Shown here in pieces: positions 28,249-42,828 of a stretch of DNA of 64,000 nt (positions are counted from its first letter, which is position 1; the number at the start of each line of letters is the position of its first letter). The DNA lies in the NCBI RefSeq assembly GCF_964204865.1, contig NC_135255.1:15190001-15254000 (forward strand), written 5' to 3'. Under the pieces are notes generated by a model. The model was given only the letters and a program-made list of their open reading frames with translations. It was not told the DNA's origin and did not search any database. Source of the stretch: Styela clava. Taxonomy: Eukaryota. Position numbers and translations under genes: made by a program.

Positions 28249-31200
28249 ATGCCGAGTCTACAAACATTTCGAGTTATTTTCTCTGATCAAAAGACAATCT
28301 ACAAACCCGGTGATACAATATCGGGGACTGTGGAAGTTTCGCTCAGCGAAGCAATGCAAATGAAAGGTATATAATATACGATATTTTTCCGTTCCATTGA
28401 ATCTTTTATTTCATTATATAAAATTATAGCTTAACAATAATTTTTTGTTTTGTCTCCATTGGCTGTATATGGCATTGGCAGTGTATGTACATCACCGAAA
28501 TGGCTGTATTTGTAAATTAAGTTGGCAGTATATGTATAAGACATTGGCTGTGTATGTACATCACCGAAATGGCTGTATTTGTGTATTGAGTTGGAAGTAT
28601 ATGTAGATTTAGTTGGCGCTATATGTATATTTTGGGATGCACATGTATATCACGATTGTTTGGTACATATACCGTGATAGATAGAATTTTTGTTGCAGTG
28701 TATAGGAAATTACATAAACGAGGTTCTTAAAATTTATACAGCAGGACGAATACCTTGTCAAATATATAATGTAGTAGGACAAGAGCTCCGAGTTGCAGAA
28801 GGACTTTTTGATTATTAATCTGTTAAACTAAATTTGGGTGGTGGCGTATTTTAAATGCTCGAACTTGGTTCCGAGCCAATGAATCGTCGCGACTTCTATA
28901 TCTGTATATGAAGACCAATACCTCGGCTTCCATCATTGGGTTCAAAAAATGCTTCGACTCGAAAAATTCGACATTGGAAATGTCGAATCAGTAGAGTTTA
29001 TAAGTACAAACCCGGCTTCAATTTCTATACTTGCAAAACCGACATCCACTGTTTGTGACTGCAAAGGTCACGCCTTACATGATAGCAGACGATCATCAAT
29101 TATGATTGATTGCCGATATTGCAATTGAGAAATTTTTACAAGCATTCAAGTTGCAGCAAAATAAAACATTAAAACGAAATATTTTCTTCAGAATATTCTT
29201 TGTTTTTATTCACCATAGAATTAAAAGTAAAGATCACTGGCAAAGCACATGTTGGATGGCATGAATATTACGGACAAAACAATCATGTTTATCATTACAA
29301 TAAGCAAGGTCTTTTCAAAGAGAAAACAATTGTGTATGGCGAAGGTACGTTTGTGAAAAATAAAAAACGTTAAGATTTTGTTTTACTTCCTGAAAGCAAT
29401 TGGTTAGTAATTAAATGGAAAAGTGTTTAATAATTTGAATCTAACACAAATAAGGTATAAACTTTGTTAAAAGCAAGGTCACAGCTCTCAAATATACAGA
29501 TCTGTGAGCCCTCACAACTATTAAAATCATTCCCGACTATGGGATGAAGAAACAGACCATATTATCAGTATTCAAATTTTCTACACAGGGGGTTCTAGCG
29601 CCGATGACGCAACAACTTTAGCACAAGGAAGCCATTCTTTTCCATTTAGCTTTCGTCTCCCATCACCTTTGCCGTCTTCATATGAAGGTAAGTCTAAGAA
29701 GAATACTTCGATTGGTTGATAAAAATCATTGATGTCTCTTCTCCATGTTTAAATAAAAATATTTGTGTTGAAAATAACAGACATAGAATAGCCTAGAATC
29801 TGGGCCCTAGATGGACATAAGATAGGAGTAAGATTCTACTAAATTTCGGGCTGTGAAAAACACAACATTACTCCATACATCGCAATATGTTTCACGTAGG
29901 ACATTCAGATTGAGTACGAAAAATGCCAAGTCCTAATATATATAAATATATTATAGAAAATAAGGAAAATACCCAAACGAGCGGAATTTCGCTAATTTGC
30001 CCGACAGACCAGACCTCTGGCGATACTTGACTGATTTTAGAACAAGAATTGAAATTGAATTTCATTTATTGATAACTTCGCTAATATATATGACTATATA
30101 TACAGATAAAATCGGGTACGTACGATACTACGCCAAAGCGAAAATTGTTAGACCGTGGAAATATGATCACAATACAAAAAGTATGTTTACATTGTTGGAC
30201 ATATTAGATCTCAACAAGGAACAGGACATGATGGTGAGAGTCAAAAATAAAATAAAATCCTTATATCTTATATATAGAAGTCAGTTATATATAGAACTAT
30301 AGAAGTATAGTTCTGACGACAAGGCCATCTTTTTTGACCCTTTTGTGACGTTATGTGATTTCCTATGTGATGAGTATAGTGGGACATTCTTAATTGTTGC
30401 GTTGCGGCGCATCTCATCTATTCACCAGCCATTGTACAGCTTGTAGACGCTTTGTTTATTGTCTCTCTTTGAGTTGTATTGGGAAGTTGTGCCGCTGTTG
30501 TCAGTGAATTGCGTTCAGTTGTACGCGAGTTTCTATGCTTAGCAGAAAGCACGTACGTAACAAACTCGCTCGCTATTCTTTGATAACTGAATGTGAATAC
30601 ACAGTAATACAAATGAAAAATTGCAGCATTGAATAAGCTACTTCGATTCAAAATGTTAAGTAACCAATACTACAAAACATGTTTTTATATATATTTTATT
30701 ATCTAATCAAGACTCCTCGGAGTCACTGGCAGTTATTATATTTGGTGTAGTTGGTTCAATTCCGTCTTAGCATTGTTTGATTATTTCATCTTCTTCTTAT
30801 GAGGAGATTTATATTGACTGTGTAGGATAGGATTTACATATTTATCCCGGGGGAGAGGAAAGTCGATAAGATGGTTTAACCATATGGCGAACCACGGCTT
30901 CTCGTCCGGTTACCATTCCATGTTCGGTATGGGATTAGTTATAGTTATTTGTTATTGTAAGCATGGACCTGATGGTGGAGGAAGACGTAACCGAGCAGGG
31001 GTTAAGTGAACCACCCTTCGGCGGCAAGGAGTCCGGCAATCCTCTCGCACGTAACTATCCCCGCAAGGGATCCGAACCTGCGAACCCACGCAGAGTAATC
31101 AGGGGTGCGGTGGCTAGCGTATTCCTAACGCTTAGTACGATGAGCCACATCGCCGCGTTACCACAGCTATATCGGGCTATCCACCAGGGCATCTCGCCAT

Positions 31201-33420
31201 TCAAGTCCTAAGATATATAAAACTACATGATAAACATTTTATTCTATTGAATTGTATGCGATTGGTTTGTTTATTCTCTAGGCGCCTTCATCGGGTGACG
31301 AAGAAAAATACTTGTGCTGTCTCTGTTGCAAAAGTGGTCCTATTAAAGGAAAAATTGAAACGGACAGGAAAGGATATGTTCCGGGAGAATGGATTGTTGC
31401 AACAGGTTCAGTAAAAAATAAAAGGTAAAATAAACGGACAAAAAACAGTACTCCCGAATTATGTGAACCAAGATGGCGGGCACAGGAACGTAGTATGTGT
31501 GCCAGATTAGGGTTAGGCTATAATTTTATTTCAATTTTCCCTATTTTAGTTCTATTACGAGTTCGGGAGTAATAGAACTAAAATAAGGAAAATTGGAAAA
31601 AAATTATGGTCTAACCCTAACCTGGTGCACATACTACGTTTCGATATCCGCCATCTTGGTTCACATACTTCGGGAGTACTTAAAAACAATGATTGAGCAT
31701 TTATAAATTCGAAATACTATTTCACTTATGTTTCATTAAATTAAACGAGCCATTCTAACGAAAAATTTGTGTGGTCTGGAGATAAAATATTTTTATCCAT
31801 CTGTTTCAAAATCTTGTTATTTCTCGTTTACCTTCCTCTTTTGCCCTTACGTCCTCCTGCATTGAATAACTGTTTATATTTGAAATGAAGTAAAAATTGA
31901 TAGTGCTCCCGTAGTATGTGCACCAAGATGGCGCACAACCTAAACATAGTATGTGTGCCAGGTCAGGGTTCAGGTTGTGCGTCATCTTATTACACATACT
32001 ACGGGAGCGCCGAATCGATTTATCCGTTCTTGTATCATGTAAATATCTTTATATCATTTATACGTTTTAAAGTAAAAGCAAAGTACAGCAGACATCTGTC
32101 GAGTTAATGAAGATTGTAACTTATCGTGCAAAGATGAAAACCAAAACTGAAACATACAGTATGCAGCAAGTGTTTGGATCGCATTGTAGTAAAGGAAAAA
32201 CCGCCTCACTGGAAAACGTCAAACTGCAGATTCCACCCTTACCACCAACAGAAAATAAACATTGCAAAATTATTGATATAAATTATGCCGTCATGGTAAG
32301 AAATATTAGTAAATTTTAATTAGATGTACATACGTGAAATAGGCTTGCGTGTCTCTCAAAATCATCAACTTATTGGGTGTAAAGATGGTGCTCTAGAAGT
32401 ATGTGCACCAAGATGGCGGACACCGAAACGTATTATGTGTGCCAGCTTAGGGTTAGGCCATAATTTTATTTCAATTTTCCCTATTTTAGTTCTATTACGA
32501 GTTAGGGAATTAGCCAAGTGACTCCCGTAATATTTGTACCTAAAATTATGGCCTAACCCTAACCCGGTACACATAATACGTTCCGGTGTCCGCCATCTTG
32601 GTGCACATATTTCTGGAGTACCGTAAAGATTGGAGTATAGTGACCCTAATGGTTGACATCTTAGCATCATTAGTCTGTGTAGAGCAAGGTCACGCTATGG
32701 GAAGTCGAGCAGTTATCGAAATAACGCGCATCACATCTCTCATCCCATATTATTGAGCAAACAGAGAAATTGCCAGAAAAATTAACTCCCGTTTTAGACT
32801 GAACTCAGTTGGAACCTAAAATTACAATCTTGAGACGGACGTGAATAGGAATATTTATTTGAGCATCGAAGTATACGCCTAACTTCTATAAATTGAAATA
32901 CGCCTGTTGTTTTTAGGTGCATGGCCATCTCCGCACATGTGCTATCGATCTCCGTGGATATGCACCTATTGTCATCGGCACAGTTCCACTCCAAAGTCTA
33001 CCTATGTACTCTGGTACAAACGACGGCGTTCAAAAGCGAACCGAATCGCCCCAACCCGTAGCTTATCCGTCACTTTCTGACCCTGATTCAACCGTGATAC
33101 AAAATCCGACGACAGTTTCTGCTGAAACGGCCTATGGATTACAAGGTATCTAAAATTACTGAAATAAAAAAATAGTTATTTTGTTTTTGAAACAAAGAAA
33201 TTGCACTGCAATTCTGACTAATCTGCTACGTTTTTCCAAAAGCGTGCTTCTACCATTTGCTAAGATTTTATCTTTTTTAGTTCCTCCGCCCCCATCTTAC
33301 GTGGCAGCAACAGAAGGGAGTTTTACTGTTGTGGATGACGAATACACAAGAGGAGATAAGACATACACTCCTCAGTATACATTTTACGATTGGAGTCAAT
33401 CTGCATTTACTTATAAATAA
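28249..33420 (+). CDS. Alpha-arrestin (arrestin domain-containing, ARRDC-like) gene, copy 1
   Basis: Exons 28249-28366, 29219-29344, 29589-29687, 30106-30233, 31282-31424, 32073-32295, 32917-33145 and 33281-33420. Motifs IYKPGDTISG, HSFPFSFRLPSPLPSSYE, GYVRY, CCLCCKSGPI, GYVPGE, PIVIGTVP and C-terminal PPPSY. Confidence 0.93.
28455..28650. repeat. Degenerate minisatellite (~21-bp unit ttggc.gt.tatgta) in arrestin-1 intron 1
   Basis: Repeated ttggctgtatat / ttggcagtgtatgtaca units with a higher-order ~66-bp duplication. Confidence 0.75.
30823..31155 (-). mobile_element. tRNA-derived SINE, full length
   Basis: Matches 63409-63758 end to end. Confidence 0.88.
31447..31680. mobile_element. Merlin-type palindromic MITE
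   Basis: Near-perfect ~115-bp inverted arms, GTACTCCCGAA...TTCGGGAGTAC. Confidence 0.85.
31902..32010. mobile_element. Merlin-type MITE, short subfamily
   Basis: TIR GCTCCCGTAGTATGTG / CACATACTACGGGAGC. Relatives at 38605 and 41749. Confidence 0.75.
32387..32622. mobile_element. Merlin-type palindromic MITE
   Basis: Perfect 8-bp TSD GTAAAGAT and long inverted arms. Confidence 0.88.
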
Positions 33421-34828
33421 AGAATATGTTCTGTGTATAAAAAACTTTTTCAGATGAAATTTATATATTTGTAACGTTCTTGTACCATTTTTTGAATAAA
33501 TTATAGCAAACTAACTTCCAAATGTGTGTGTCCATGTTTATTAGAAACTGACTCTCGTATTTTGCTGCTGTATTCAATATCTTCTATGGTCAATACCTGG
33601 TTACTGTAGCAGCAAATATTATTTTGACTGGAATGTTACGCACCGCTTGACGTGAAATAATTTGACAGGTAACGCTTCGACTTTAAAGCTGAAAGAAATA
33701 AGGATCTGTAGGTGCCAGCACTAGATCTCGGTATACAGCTTCTCCGTAACAAGCGAAGCGCGTCTGGGGTTACTCATTTTTACGCTATTTTACGCGGATC
33801 ATGTGATGGCTCTCTTTAGTGACGTATAATGCACGGCGTTACTATTGGTGGAGGTGTTTTGTACCGCAGCAGATTTACAATGTGACCGGATTGATAGTCC
33901 AGTGACAAGCGATTTTAAACGGAGTTTTCCCAGGGCGTTATTTTTATTACACAAAGTGGCACATCATACTAAAATTTAGATCCAGAATCCAAATAGGATT
34001 TACACGATTATGTTATTGTCGCACTACTTGATTCTGTTTACCTAGATTAGTTTGAGTTGTTGTCCCCCATATTGCTATTTAATTCATGTCGTTCGAACCT
34101 TGTGCTAATCAGGTTATCTTCACATTGCCCGTGATAAGCAGAATAAACGAAACAGATAAAAAATTGAACGTACGATTCTGGTTTAAATTACAATGTAGGT
34201 TTTGTATGATTTCTTTGTATGATTATTTGTTTGTAGAACGCCATGACAAAGTTGTCTTTTTGTCTGAACAATGCAACAAAAACTACTTAACTACAAATAT
34301 GTTCCATAAAACAAAACGACGAGTTGCAGAATTTTCTTAGTCGTCACACACTCAGTTTGCCCAACAATTCATTCGTAACAAAAGGAGTAGAGCCACGCAT
34401 CACTAAACTTTGCGTAAAATTTCTTCAGTAAGCTGTATGTGGCGGTCACTAGGCCAACTAGTGTTTACGTCGACGAAGAGTGTCATAGAATAGCAAAATT
34501 CATAATAATTTCGGTCGCACTTCTGCATTAAAGCCACTTCCGTGTTTGAGGTATTAACTGCGAATAACATTTCGTGAATCAGGCAAATCAGACCGGTATA
34601 ACAAAACAGTAGGCAGTATCGACGTGGTCCACTTACATAAATAAGAGAGGTCTGAGAAAGGCATACAGATATATGTGAGCCATAGGTTTAAGTTACGTTA
34701 AAAATAATTCGTTTTGTTTTCATAGCTGAATTATACCAAATTATATTCAGTCATAGCTATTTTAAGCAGTTACATGCGGCCCCACGTTATAGCATAGCGT
34801 ATCAGAGAGCGGATATCAGAGGTTAGAA

Positions 34829-35027
34829 AGGATTGGATTTACATGTTTATCCCGAGGGAGAGGAAATCCGATAACACGGCTCAACCATATGGCGAACCCC
34901 GGCCTCTCGTCCGGTTATCAGTCCATGTCGTGTATGGGATTAGTTAGCCGGTTATTTGTTTTCGGAAGCATGGACTTGATGGTGGAGGAAGCCGTAACCG
35001 ACCAGCGGTTATGTGAACCATCCTACG
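34829..35027 (-). mobile_element. SINE, 5'-truncated
   Basis: Matches the 3' part of the SINE. Confidence 0.82.
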
Positions 35028-35756
35028 ATTAGGTTTGTTTTATCAGATATCTTTTTAAAATGTGCATTTAACAATGTACATTGAAGAACGAATTATATGT
35101 TTAGAATTCACATATTTCTGCATTTCACTGCCTCTTAGGCCATAGCACCACAACGAACTTCATTAAATTAAAAGCATCTCAACAGACGATATATTGGGGC
35201 CAAATAGGAGAAACACTAGAACCCAAATGGGTATTGTATTCTATTGTTTCCGCGATTCTTTTTTTTGTAATGTGATATCTTAGATGGGCTGAAATTCGCT
35301 AACCGTCTTTACATTTCAATGATAAATACAGTGAAAGAATGATGTATGTCCGCGGTATTTTCTGTTGGCATGGAGCCGAGAAAAGCACGAGAATTCTCAG
35401 CCGATATCAACAGCATGGAGTAACAAAATGCGCTTTCCTGTGACGTCTTTTAATGCAGTTTGTTAAGGGAATGAGGAGCTTGCGGCGCCGTAAAAAAATT
35501 AAAAACATGTATTTTAAAACAATTTTTCGATAATATAAAACTGAAAGAATCAGTTCATCTTGGTATAAGTCAGAGAATTAGAAGACTAAAGGATTCCCAG
35601 GGCGAATGTGAGCAAAATTATAACTCAAATCGTCTTGTAGTCGGTATAGTACACGAGGAGAAAAGTCTGTATTCCCTATAATACAGGTCCCCTACTTTTT
35701 AGTCGATATTTTTGAGAGCAAATATTTATAAACGTTATTATATTATACCTTCAATT

Positions 35757-38700
35757 ATGCCATCGTTACAAGACTTCAACGTTACGTTTGACGATAATAA
35801 GTCGATATTCAGTCCCGGAGAGACATTGGAAGGGAAGATTGAAATTACTCTTACTGAATCAATGGAAATGAAAGGTGAGTAATATCGTTCCAAACAAAAG
35901 ATTTGGACAATCAAACCATCATAGATCTATATCCATTTGCACTGGTTTCGGTACTCCCGTAGTATGTGAACCAAGATGGCGGACACCGGAACGTAGAATG
36001 TGTACCAGGTTAGAGTTAGGCCATATGTTCAGGTACAAATAGTACGGGAATCACTTGGCTAGTCCCCGAACTCATAATAGAACTAAAATAAGGAAAATTG
36101 GAATAAAATTACGGCTTAACCCCCGATCTGGTACACATACTACGTTCCGGTGTCCACCATCATGGTTCACATACTACGGGAGTACCCTGGTTTCAGTCGA
36201 AAAGGTAGATTTTCTATTTCTTTCGAATTACCTATGCATGGTAAGACGGTTGTATCTAACAGCATATACGTCAGTATGAAAATAAATTGCCCTAATCCTA
36301 GTTTTTACGCAAAATCTCGACTATAAAATAATCGAAAAGTTTGACATCCCTCGATGATGTGAAAAGTTTTAAGTTCTTTTTTAATATGATTTAAATAGTG
36401 GCGCTGGCATTGGTGAATATGCCTCGCCTTTTATCTATTGACTACATTATCTATTTGGTAAACACAAATTTATCTGTAGGTGACTGGGAAAATAGTGAAA
36501 ATTGAAACAAAACAATCCGCTTAACTCGACAAAGCTTCACAGTATGTATTAGATATTTTGGGCATTTTGAGTTACACTTGTATGCTTTACATTTTTCGAT
36601 TTTGGTGGCAATTTCAAAAATGCAAGTTTAAAAATGATGCCCTAGCGATTGGTCAATACAATCAATACATTAAAAAATACCGTATTTCTCCGTGTATAAC
36701 ACGCACTTCCGGTTCCGGATTTCATCTCCAAAATTAGTGGGTGCGTATTATACATTGGTATAGAAAAAATCTTGATCGATATTTCACACGCAACTGCCGA
36801 ATACTTATCACATGTTTCCTTGCCGTCTTATTTCTATTATTTTATGTTATAACCAGTTATAAGCGTTATAACCAGATCATGCTTGCTGCAGTAGAATCAC
36901 ACCCACAGAATGGACTGCATCTATTTCAATTACCAGTGTATATAAGTGATAAGAACAGCAGTCTGTATCATAGTTTAATTGTTGTGTCGTCCAGTCTGGC
37001 GTCTCTCATTTACAGTAAAACTGAATGTTCCTAAATCATTTTGTCTCATTCTGATTTGCGGCCAATCGGCAAACCTAACGTCACAAATTTTTTTTCCTAG
37101 CCATTTTCAAAATGCTCTAAGATAGGTAACAGCACGATAGTTCAAAGCGGGGTAACATCACTCCGAGATTGACAGACAACAGGCCTGTCGACCTCATAAA
37201 CATTTGAAACATATTATTAAATCAAAGTGAAACTTTCTAGGCTAGCTTCTCGAAAATACCAAACGCGGTCGACGCAAGTGACCGAATTCGACCGTGCGTA
37301 TTATGCATGAACCTTGGTATTTTCATACAATCCACTTCCTAAAAGAGCCCTGCGTATTATACATGGGTGCGTATTATACGCGAAGCAATACGGTAATGAC
37401 TATAAAAGCTAAAAATCATAAGAGATAACTGATAGAACAGGCATGGATAAAAAACACGACGTTCGGAAATGCAATTTTCTAATTTAATTGAAATCAGGAT
37501 AAATTTTCAGAAATACGAGTGAAAGTTACTGGAAAGGCGCACGTTGGTTGGCATGAGCAACACGGAAAAGTTCATGTTTATCACTATAACAACCAGGATT
37601 TAATGGAGCAGAACATCACGGTTTACGGAGTAGGTGCGTTTTTAGGAAATTATATAACTGTTTATAATTCAAGCTTTGTTATGAATAATATGAATCTGCC
37701 GTTGAAATAAAACGCTTACAGCTCGCAGTGATTAGATATTGTTTATCAAATCATTGCATTAAATGTGTGTGGTGCCAAATTTCGAATCAATACGGAGTGA
37801 ATAGAATAGACAATTTTATATATTTTTTCTTATTTTTCTTGTCAAAGGGTTTGGCAATTCATGTTTTGTCTGATAGATACAACAATACTTCTTTGTCATT
37901 TACGAATACAAGGTGGAAGCTAATGCAATATATATATAAATCATAAAAGACGTCATCTGAACGGATCGTTGACTATTGTATTTTACAGGAACTGCAGAGA
38001 ATATGACCCTGTCAGTAGGATCGCACAGTTTTCCGTTCAGTTGCACCTTGCCAGCGCCGTTGCCGTCATCATACGAAGGTACAAGTTTACCCAATTCTAA
38101 GATAAGCTTTTAAAACACCACTTCGATTTCAGAATACTAATACTATTCGACGCCGAACTTCCCTTGAAACTATTAGAGTCAGTTTAAAATTATAGACCAG
38201 ATTTTTCACCAAATTAAAATAATTAACTGCTGAATAATTTAAACGGATTACTTGATTTTATTTAATTTAGTAATTGATGTTGTTTTTCAGACAAAATAGG
38301 GTACATACGATACTATGTCAAAGCAACAATAGTTAGGCCGTGGAAATTTGATCACAATACGAAAAGTATGATAACAATATTAGACATTCTGGATCTTAAC
38401 AAAGAGCAGAACATGATGGTAAAATGGCAATGCAAGCTTCTCTTATATTTTGAACACTAATCCTAATATATATGTCGTCAAATGAGAAATCCAGATATGC
38501 ATACTTACATAATATGTATTTAATATATTTTATATTCTATAAATTGTAAAGTTCCTAACGCGAGTCCAATATGAAAGTATAACCATATTATTCATAATTT
38601 ATTGGGACCTCCTGAAGTATGCGCACCAAGATGGCGCTCAACCTGAACTCAGGTTGTGTACTGGGTTAGGGTTCAGGTTATGCGACATCTTGGTGCGCAT

Positions 38701-41700
38701 ACTTCAGGAGGTCCATTTATTGAGTACGATGCACCTATTAAGATGACTTAAATTTGAGTCTTCAATTAAATGATTCTTTCCTAGGCGTAGAGAGGGGGCA
38801 ATTATTGAGCAATTCTCAGATAACCCGATGTTTTCCTGGCGTACTTCGCGCTCATACAGCTCGGATAACTATGGCAGCGGAGTAACTTTATGGAGATATT
38901 ATTCAACACATTGCAAAATAATAGTGACTGCTATTTAGAGCAGGGGTGTGCAAAGTGCGACCCGCGGGCCAAATGCGGCCCGCAAGAAAAAATTGTGCGG
39001 CCCGCGGAAAAATGCCAATTTTGAAAGGTGCGCGGCCAGCTAAACTAGTTTTGAAATTTGGTTGAATCTGGTTTCCTTTGCGTTGCAAAGCTTTTATTCA
39101 AGTTCAATTTATTATCCATGTCTACGACTTACAGCGTCCTGACAGCGAGGCGAACAACGCGATTCTCAAAGTTGTCCCTTGCTGAGCAGCAAATAATTTA
39201 AGAAAAATGCGGAGCAGACGCTAATGAATTTGTAAGAACGATTAATTGAAGATTAGGTAACTGGAAAGCAGTTTAAAAAAATTATCAATATATAGATACA
39301 AAGGCTAAATGAGTTTTGGTTCCAACCTATCAATTGATTTTATTTAAATCTAGTCCAGAATAAGATTTAACAGAAAATTACTTGGAAATGATTCTTACCG
39401 AAAACACCAAGATAACTTTCCACATTTTCAAAAAAGTCATGGCTTCAAATATGCACTTTTCGGTAACATATTTATTTCTAAAATGAGCTATTCTCTACCT
39501 GCCACTAATAGAAAGCCTATGTTAAATGACGGTGCAGCCCGCGGTTTCACTTAGTTATTGGTATTTGGCCCGCTCGCGAAAAAGGTTGCAACACCCCTGA
39601 TTTAGAGTGTTCGGAGCGAGTAAGCGTCATATTACGTCATTTAAATCCCCCCATTTTTTCAAAATTTTGGGCTGACTACCGATCTTGGGCCCTCCTCCTA
39701 TGCTTTTCTTTGTTGTGCCGTTGCAAGCTATGTGATTTGTTCTGTTAATATTCATCATTATAAACTAACCCTATTTCTATCACGATTGTCAGGCACCTTC
39801 TTCTGGTAAAGAAAACAAATATCTGTGCTGTCTTTGCTGTAAAAGTGGACCAATTCAAGGTGAAATTACTACGGACCGAACTGGTTATGTTCCTGGCGAA
39901 TGGGTCATCGTGAATGTAAAAGTAAATAACAAGAGGTAAACCCATTTAGAGTGTCTTTTGTTGGTTGAGTACGAAGTTTATTCCTTTCTCTTGTTAGGTT
40001 AATAAGTTCAACTGTAACTGTAACTTTACGTTTTATCAGCGGAAGCAAGGTGCAGAAAACATCCATTGAAATAATGAAAATCGTCAAATATCGTGCAAAA
40101 ATGAAGTCAAAAACAGTTAAATACAGCATGCAGCAAGTATTTGGTTCTCATTGCGACTCAAAAAAATCAACATCTTTTGACAACATTAAAATTCAGATTC
40201 CGGCTCTTCCACCAACAGAAAATACACATTGCAAGATTATCGATATCAACTATGCTGTTATGGTACGTACAAACAAACATTTATGGGTACTCCTGTAGTA
40301 TGTTAATCAAGATGGCGGACACCGGAACATAGTATGTGTACCAGGTTAGGGTCAGGCCATAATTTCAGGTACAAATACTACGGGAAAATACACTTGGCTA
40401 GTCCCCGTAATAGAACTGAAATAAGGAAAATTGAAATAAAATTATGACCTAACCCTAACCTGGTACACATATACGTTACGGTGTCCGCCATCTTGGTTCA
40501 CATACTACAGGAGTACACATTTATGACATCTACCTTTTTGTCAAACTCGCGGAGAATAGCGAGTCACAATGCCTATGCCCTACCAGGCGTCTAATTTCAA
40601 ATTTTTGTCGTATATGTGGTAACTTCGGCATCCTACATCAAAATCGTATCCGTTTCATAACGAATGTCGCCTTTCTCCTAGCATGGATACCATTTGGGCT
40701 TTCTGTATCTTATGATCGTTTTGCAACCGACTTGAACTAGGCCTTTGTTCCTAACTGATTCTTCGGTCAGTATTGTATGCGATATTAAAAATGGGAGAGG
40801 ACTAATGAGTTAGGGTATAGGGTTAAGAGCGAACACTCAGAGGTTTAAATCACAATTCTATTTACTAAGCTGTTCAAGCGAAAAACGGAACACGTATTTT
40901 GTTATGCAGATTCATGGGCATTTGCGCTTGTGTGCAATCGATTTACGTGGTATGGCGCCCATTGTAATTGGTTCTGTTCCAATCCGTAGTCTTCCCATGT
41001 ATTCTGGTCAACAAGATCCTCAAGTACAGCCTGCACCATCCGCATATCCTTCTTTACCTGATTCCTCAGCAACAGTGATAGAAAACACGACAGCAAGTTC
41101 ATATGCTACTACAACGACTTCAGTTCTGCCTACGTCATTTGGATTTCAAGGTATATTCGGGACCATTTCTGTCATAATTAGTAATTTTAGTACGGGTTAT
41201 TCACTAAAAAGAGACACGTGAATTTTACTGCTGTGTTCCAATAATAGATAATCATTTGATAGGACTCAAAAACGGCGTTGATAGGAAATATTTGCCTTGT
41301 CAACAATGCTCCTAATTATATATTATCAATCATCGAATACCATATTCCGAAATATAGTGGCAAAAACTAATGGGAGAAAGAGGTGTTTTTAGTTTAAAAA
41401 AATCCTGTAAATCTAATCACTTAAGTAGAGTCTTTTGGAGAGCTGCAAAGCACTTTCATTTCAATAACTTCATACCCAACATTTCGGCTCCTCAGAAGTG
41501 TATGTATCAATATGGAGGTAACTTAATTTGTTCGCCTACTTTACATCGAGTTGTGTAAACGTATGGAAGCGTATGGACAGGGGGTATATTCACTTGGCTA
41601 ACACAGACAGCCCCCAAAATCATGATGGAACTAAAAAAAGGAAAATCGGAACAAATTAAGGCATAGCCCTAACCTGGTACACATACTAAGGGAGTACCGA

Positions 41701-42157
41701 CATTTCTATTTAATGCATGGAATATAATGCCACTTGCTAGAAAAGTAGAAGCTCCCGAAGTATGTGCACCAAAATGGCGCACACCCTGAACAGAGTATGT
41801 ATAGTTGTATACCATGTCAGGGTTCAGGCTGTGCGCCATCTTGATGCACATACTTCGGGAGCGCCGAAAAGTGAACGAGAATCTGAGGATTTCTGTATAA
41901 TAAATCTGAGGATTAACGAGCAATATCAGGAAGATCAACTATTATGAATTTGCTTCGATTGTTATTAACATAAAACGTACCGAGTATATCAATTTTGATA
42001 ATTTCATTGTCTTATAGTTCCTCCTCCCTCTTACATGGATGCGACTGAAGGGAACTTCGACGTTAAAGATGATAAATATACCAGAGGAGACACAACGTAT
42101 ACGCCCAAATATACCTTCTATGACTGGAACCAAACAGCTTTTACTTATAATAAATAA
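35757..42157 (+). CDS. Alpha-arrestin (ARRDC-like) gene, copy 2
   Basis: Exons 35757-35874, 37511-37633, 37989-38078, 38291-38418, 39793-39935, 40040-40262, 40910-41150 and 42018-42157. Same exon phases and motifs as copy 1, with PPPSY. Confidence 0.93.
35950..36186. mobile_element. Merlin-type palindromic MITE
   Basis: TIR GGTACTCCCGTAGTATGTGAACCA and perfect TSD CTGGTTTC. Confidence 0.9.
36680..37393. mobile_element. Tc1/mariner-pogo-type non-autonomous element
   Basis: TA|CCGTATTTCTCCGTGTATAA ... TTATACGCGAAGCAATACGG|TA, with subterminal TGCGTATTATAC repeats. Confidence 0.75.
38605..38714. mobile_element. Merlin-type MITE, short subfamily
   Basis: TIR GGACCTCCTGAAGTATGCGCACCAAGATG; TSD TTTTATTG/ATTTATTG. 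Confidence 0.8.
38941..39599. mobile_element. hAT (Charlie-like) non-autonomous element
   Basis: CAGGGGTGTGCAA...TTGCAACACCCCTG, GGCCCGC subterminal repeats, perfect TSD ATTTAGAG. Confidence 0.88.
40286..40517. mobile_element. Merlin-type palindromic MITE
   Basis: TSD CATTTATG and long inverted arms. Confidence 0.88.
41486..41864. mobile_element. Two adjacent Merlin-type MITEs (41486-41698 asymmetric; 41749-41864 short)
   Basis: The first has TSD AACATTTC/GACATTTC. The second has TIR GCTCCCGAAGTATGTGCA. Confidence 0.78.
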
Positions 42158-42828
42158 GTAATTAAAACTTGGTTTTATTCAATCAGTCAAACTAGCCTTA
42201 GCCTGAACTTAGCCTATTGTGTTGTTGTGAATGTTAGCGGTTTGATAATAATTTAGACGCTGGGCACTAATGATGTAATTATCTATGCTTTTTGCACAAA
42301 GCTCGTTAATCTGTTAAAGTAGGCTGTATTTATTTTTGATAAATTTTCTATAGTACATCACTTCGCGGTCAAATCGAAATGAATATTTCACGGCGAGCGT
42401 ATTTTGCGTTCAAAAGTACGATCGACTCGACTGCTGTCTGCAAACATAAGCGACAATATATTATTCATCATTCGGTATATTATAATCAACCAGTGGCAGG
42501 TATTACATTGCAAGCTGTTCACATTTAACTACATTCTACCCACAGTTACCTCATTTTTTGTGTTGTTTTCATTTTTTATACATATTATATACAAAAATAT
42601 TACATGTTTTTAATAAGAAATATTATTCTATAAATAACTAATAAATATATTAATACCAGCCATCGAGTACCGGGTTATGAGCAGGGCAAATCTCAGAAAT
42701 TAATAAAATTTATGTCTGGCTTTATTACATATTTAGAAGTGGTGTTTCTAGGACGCTTATCGTTTGAATGCTGCCTGGGCGAAGGTATAATCGAAAGGTC
42801 AATAAATAACAATCTAGTAGGCTGCAAC

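Noticed and set aside
25774-28650. Tandem repeats as CRISPR-like arrays
   Set aside because: No unique spacers between identical repeats, no cas genes, eukaryotic context.
30340-30675. Possible solo LTR in arrestin-1 intron 4
   Set aside because: Ends in CA but no matching TSD or second copy was found.
30963-31211. ORFs such as MDLMVEEDVT... (also 63392-63622)
   Set aside because: Chance frames inside SINE copies.
31500-31625. TTAGGG/CCCTAA repeats as interstitial telomere
   Set aside because: Only about 2 units, always inside MITE arms.
33558-33620. Short hairpin with TAGCAGCA (miR-15/16-like seed)
   Set aside because: Stem of only about 9 bp and the rest does not match the family; likely chance.
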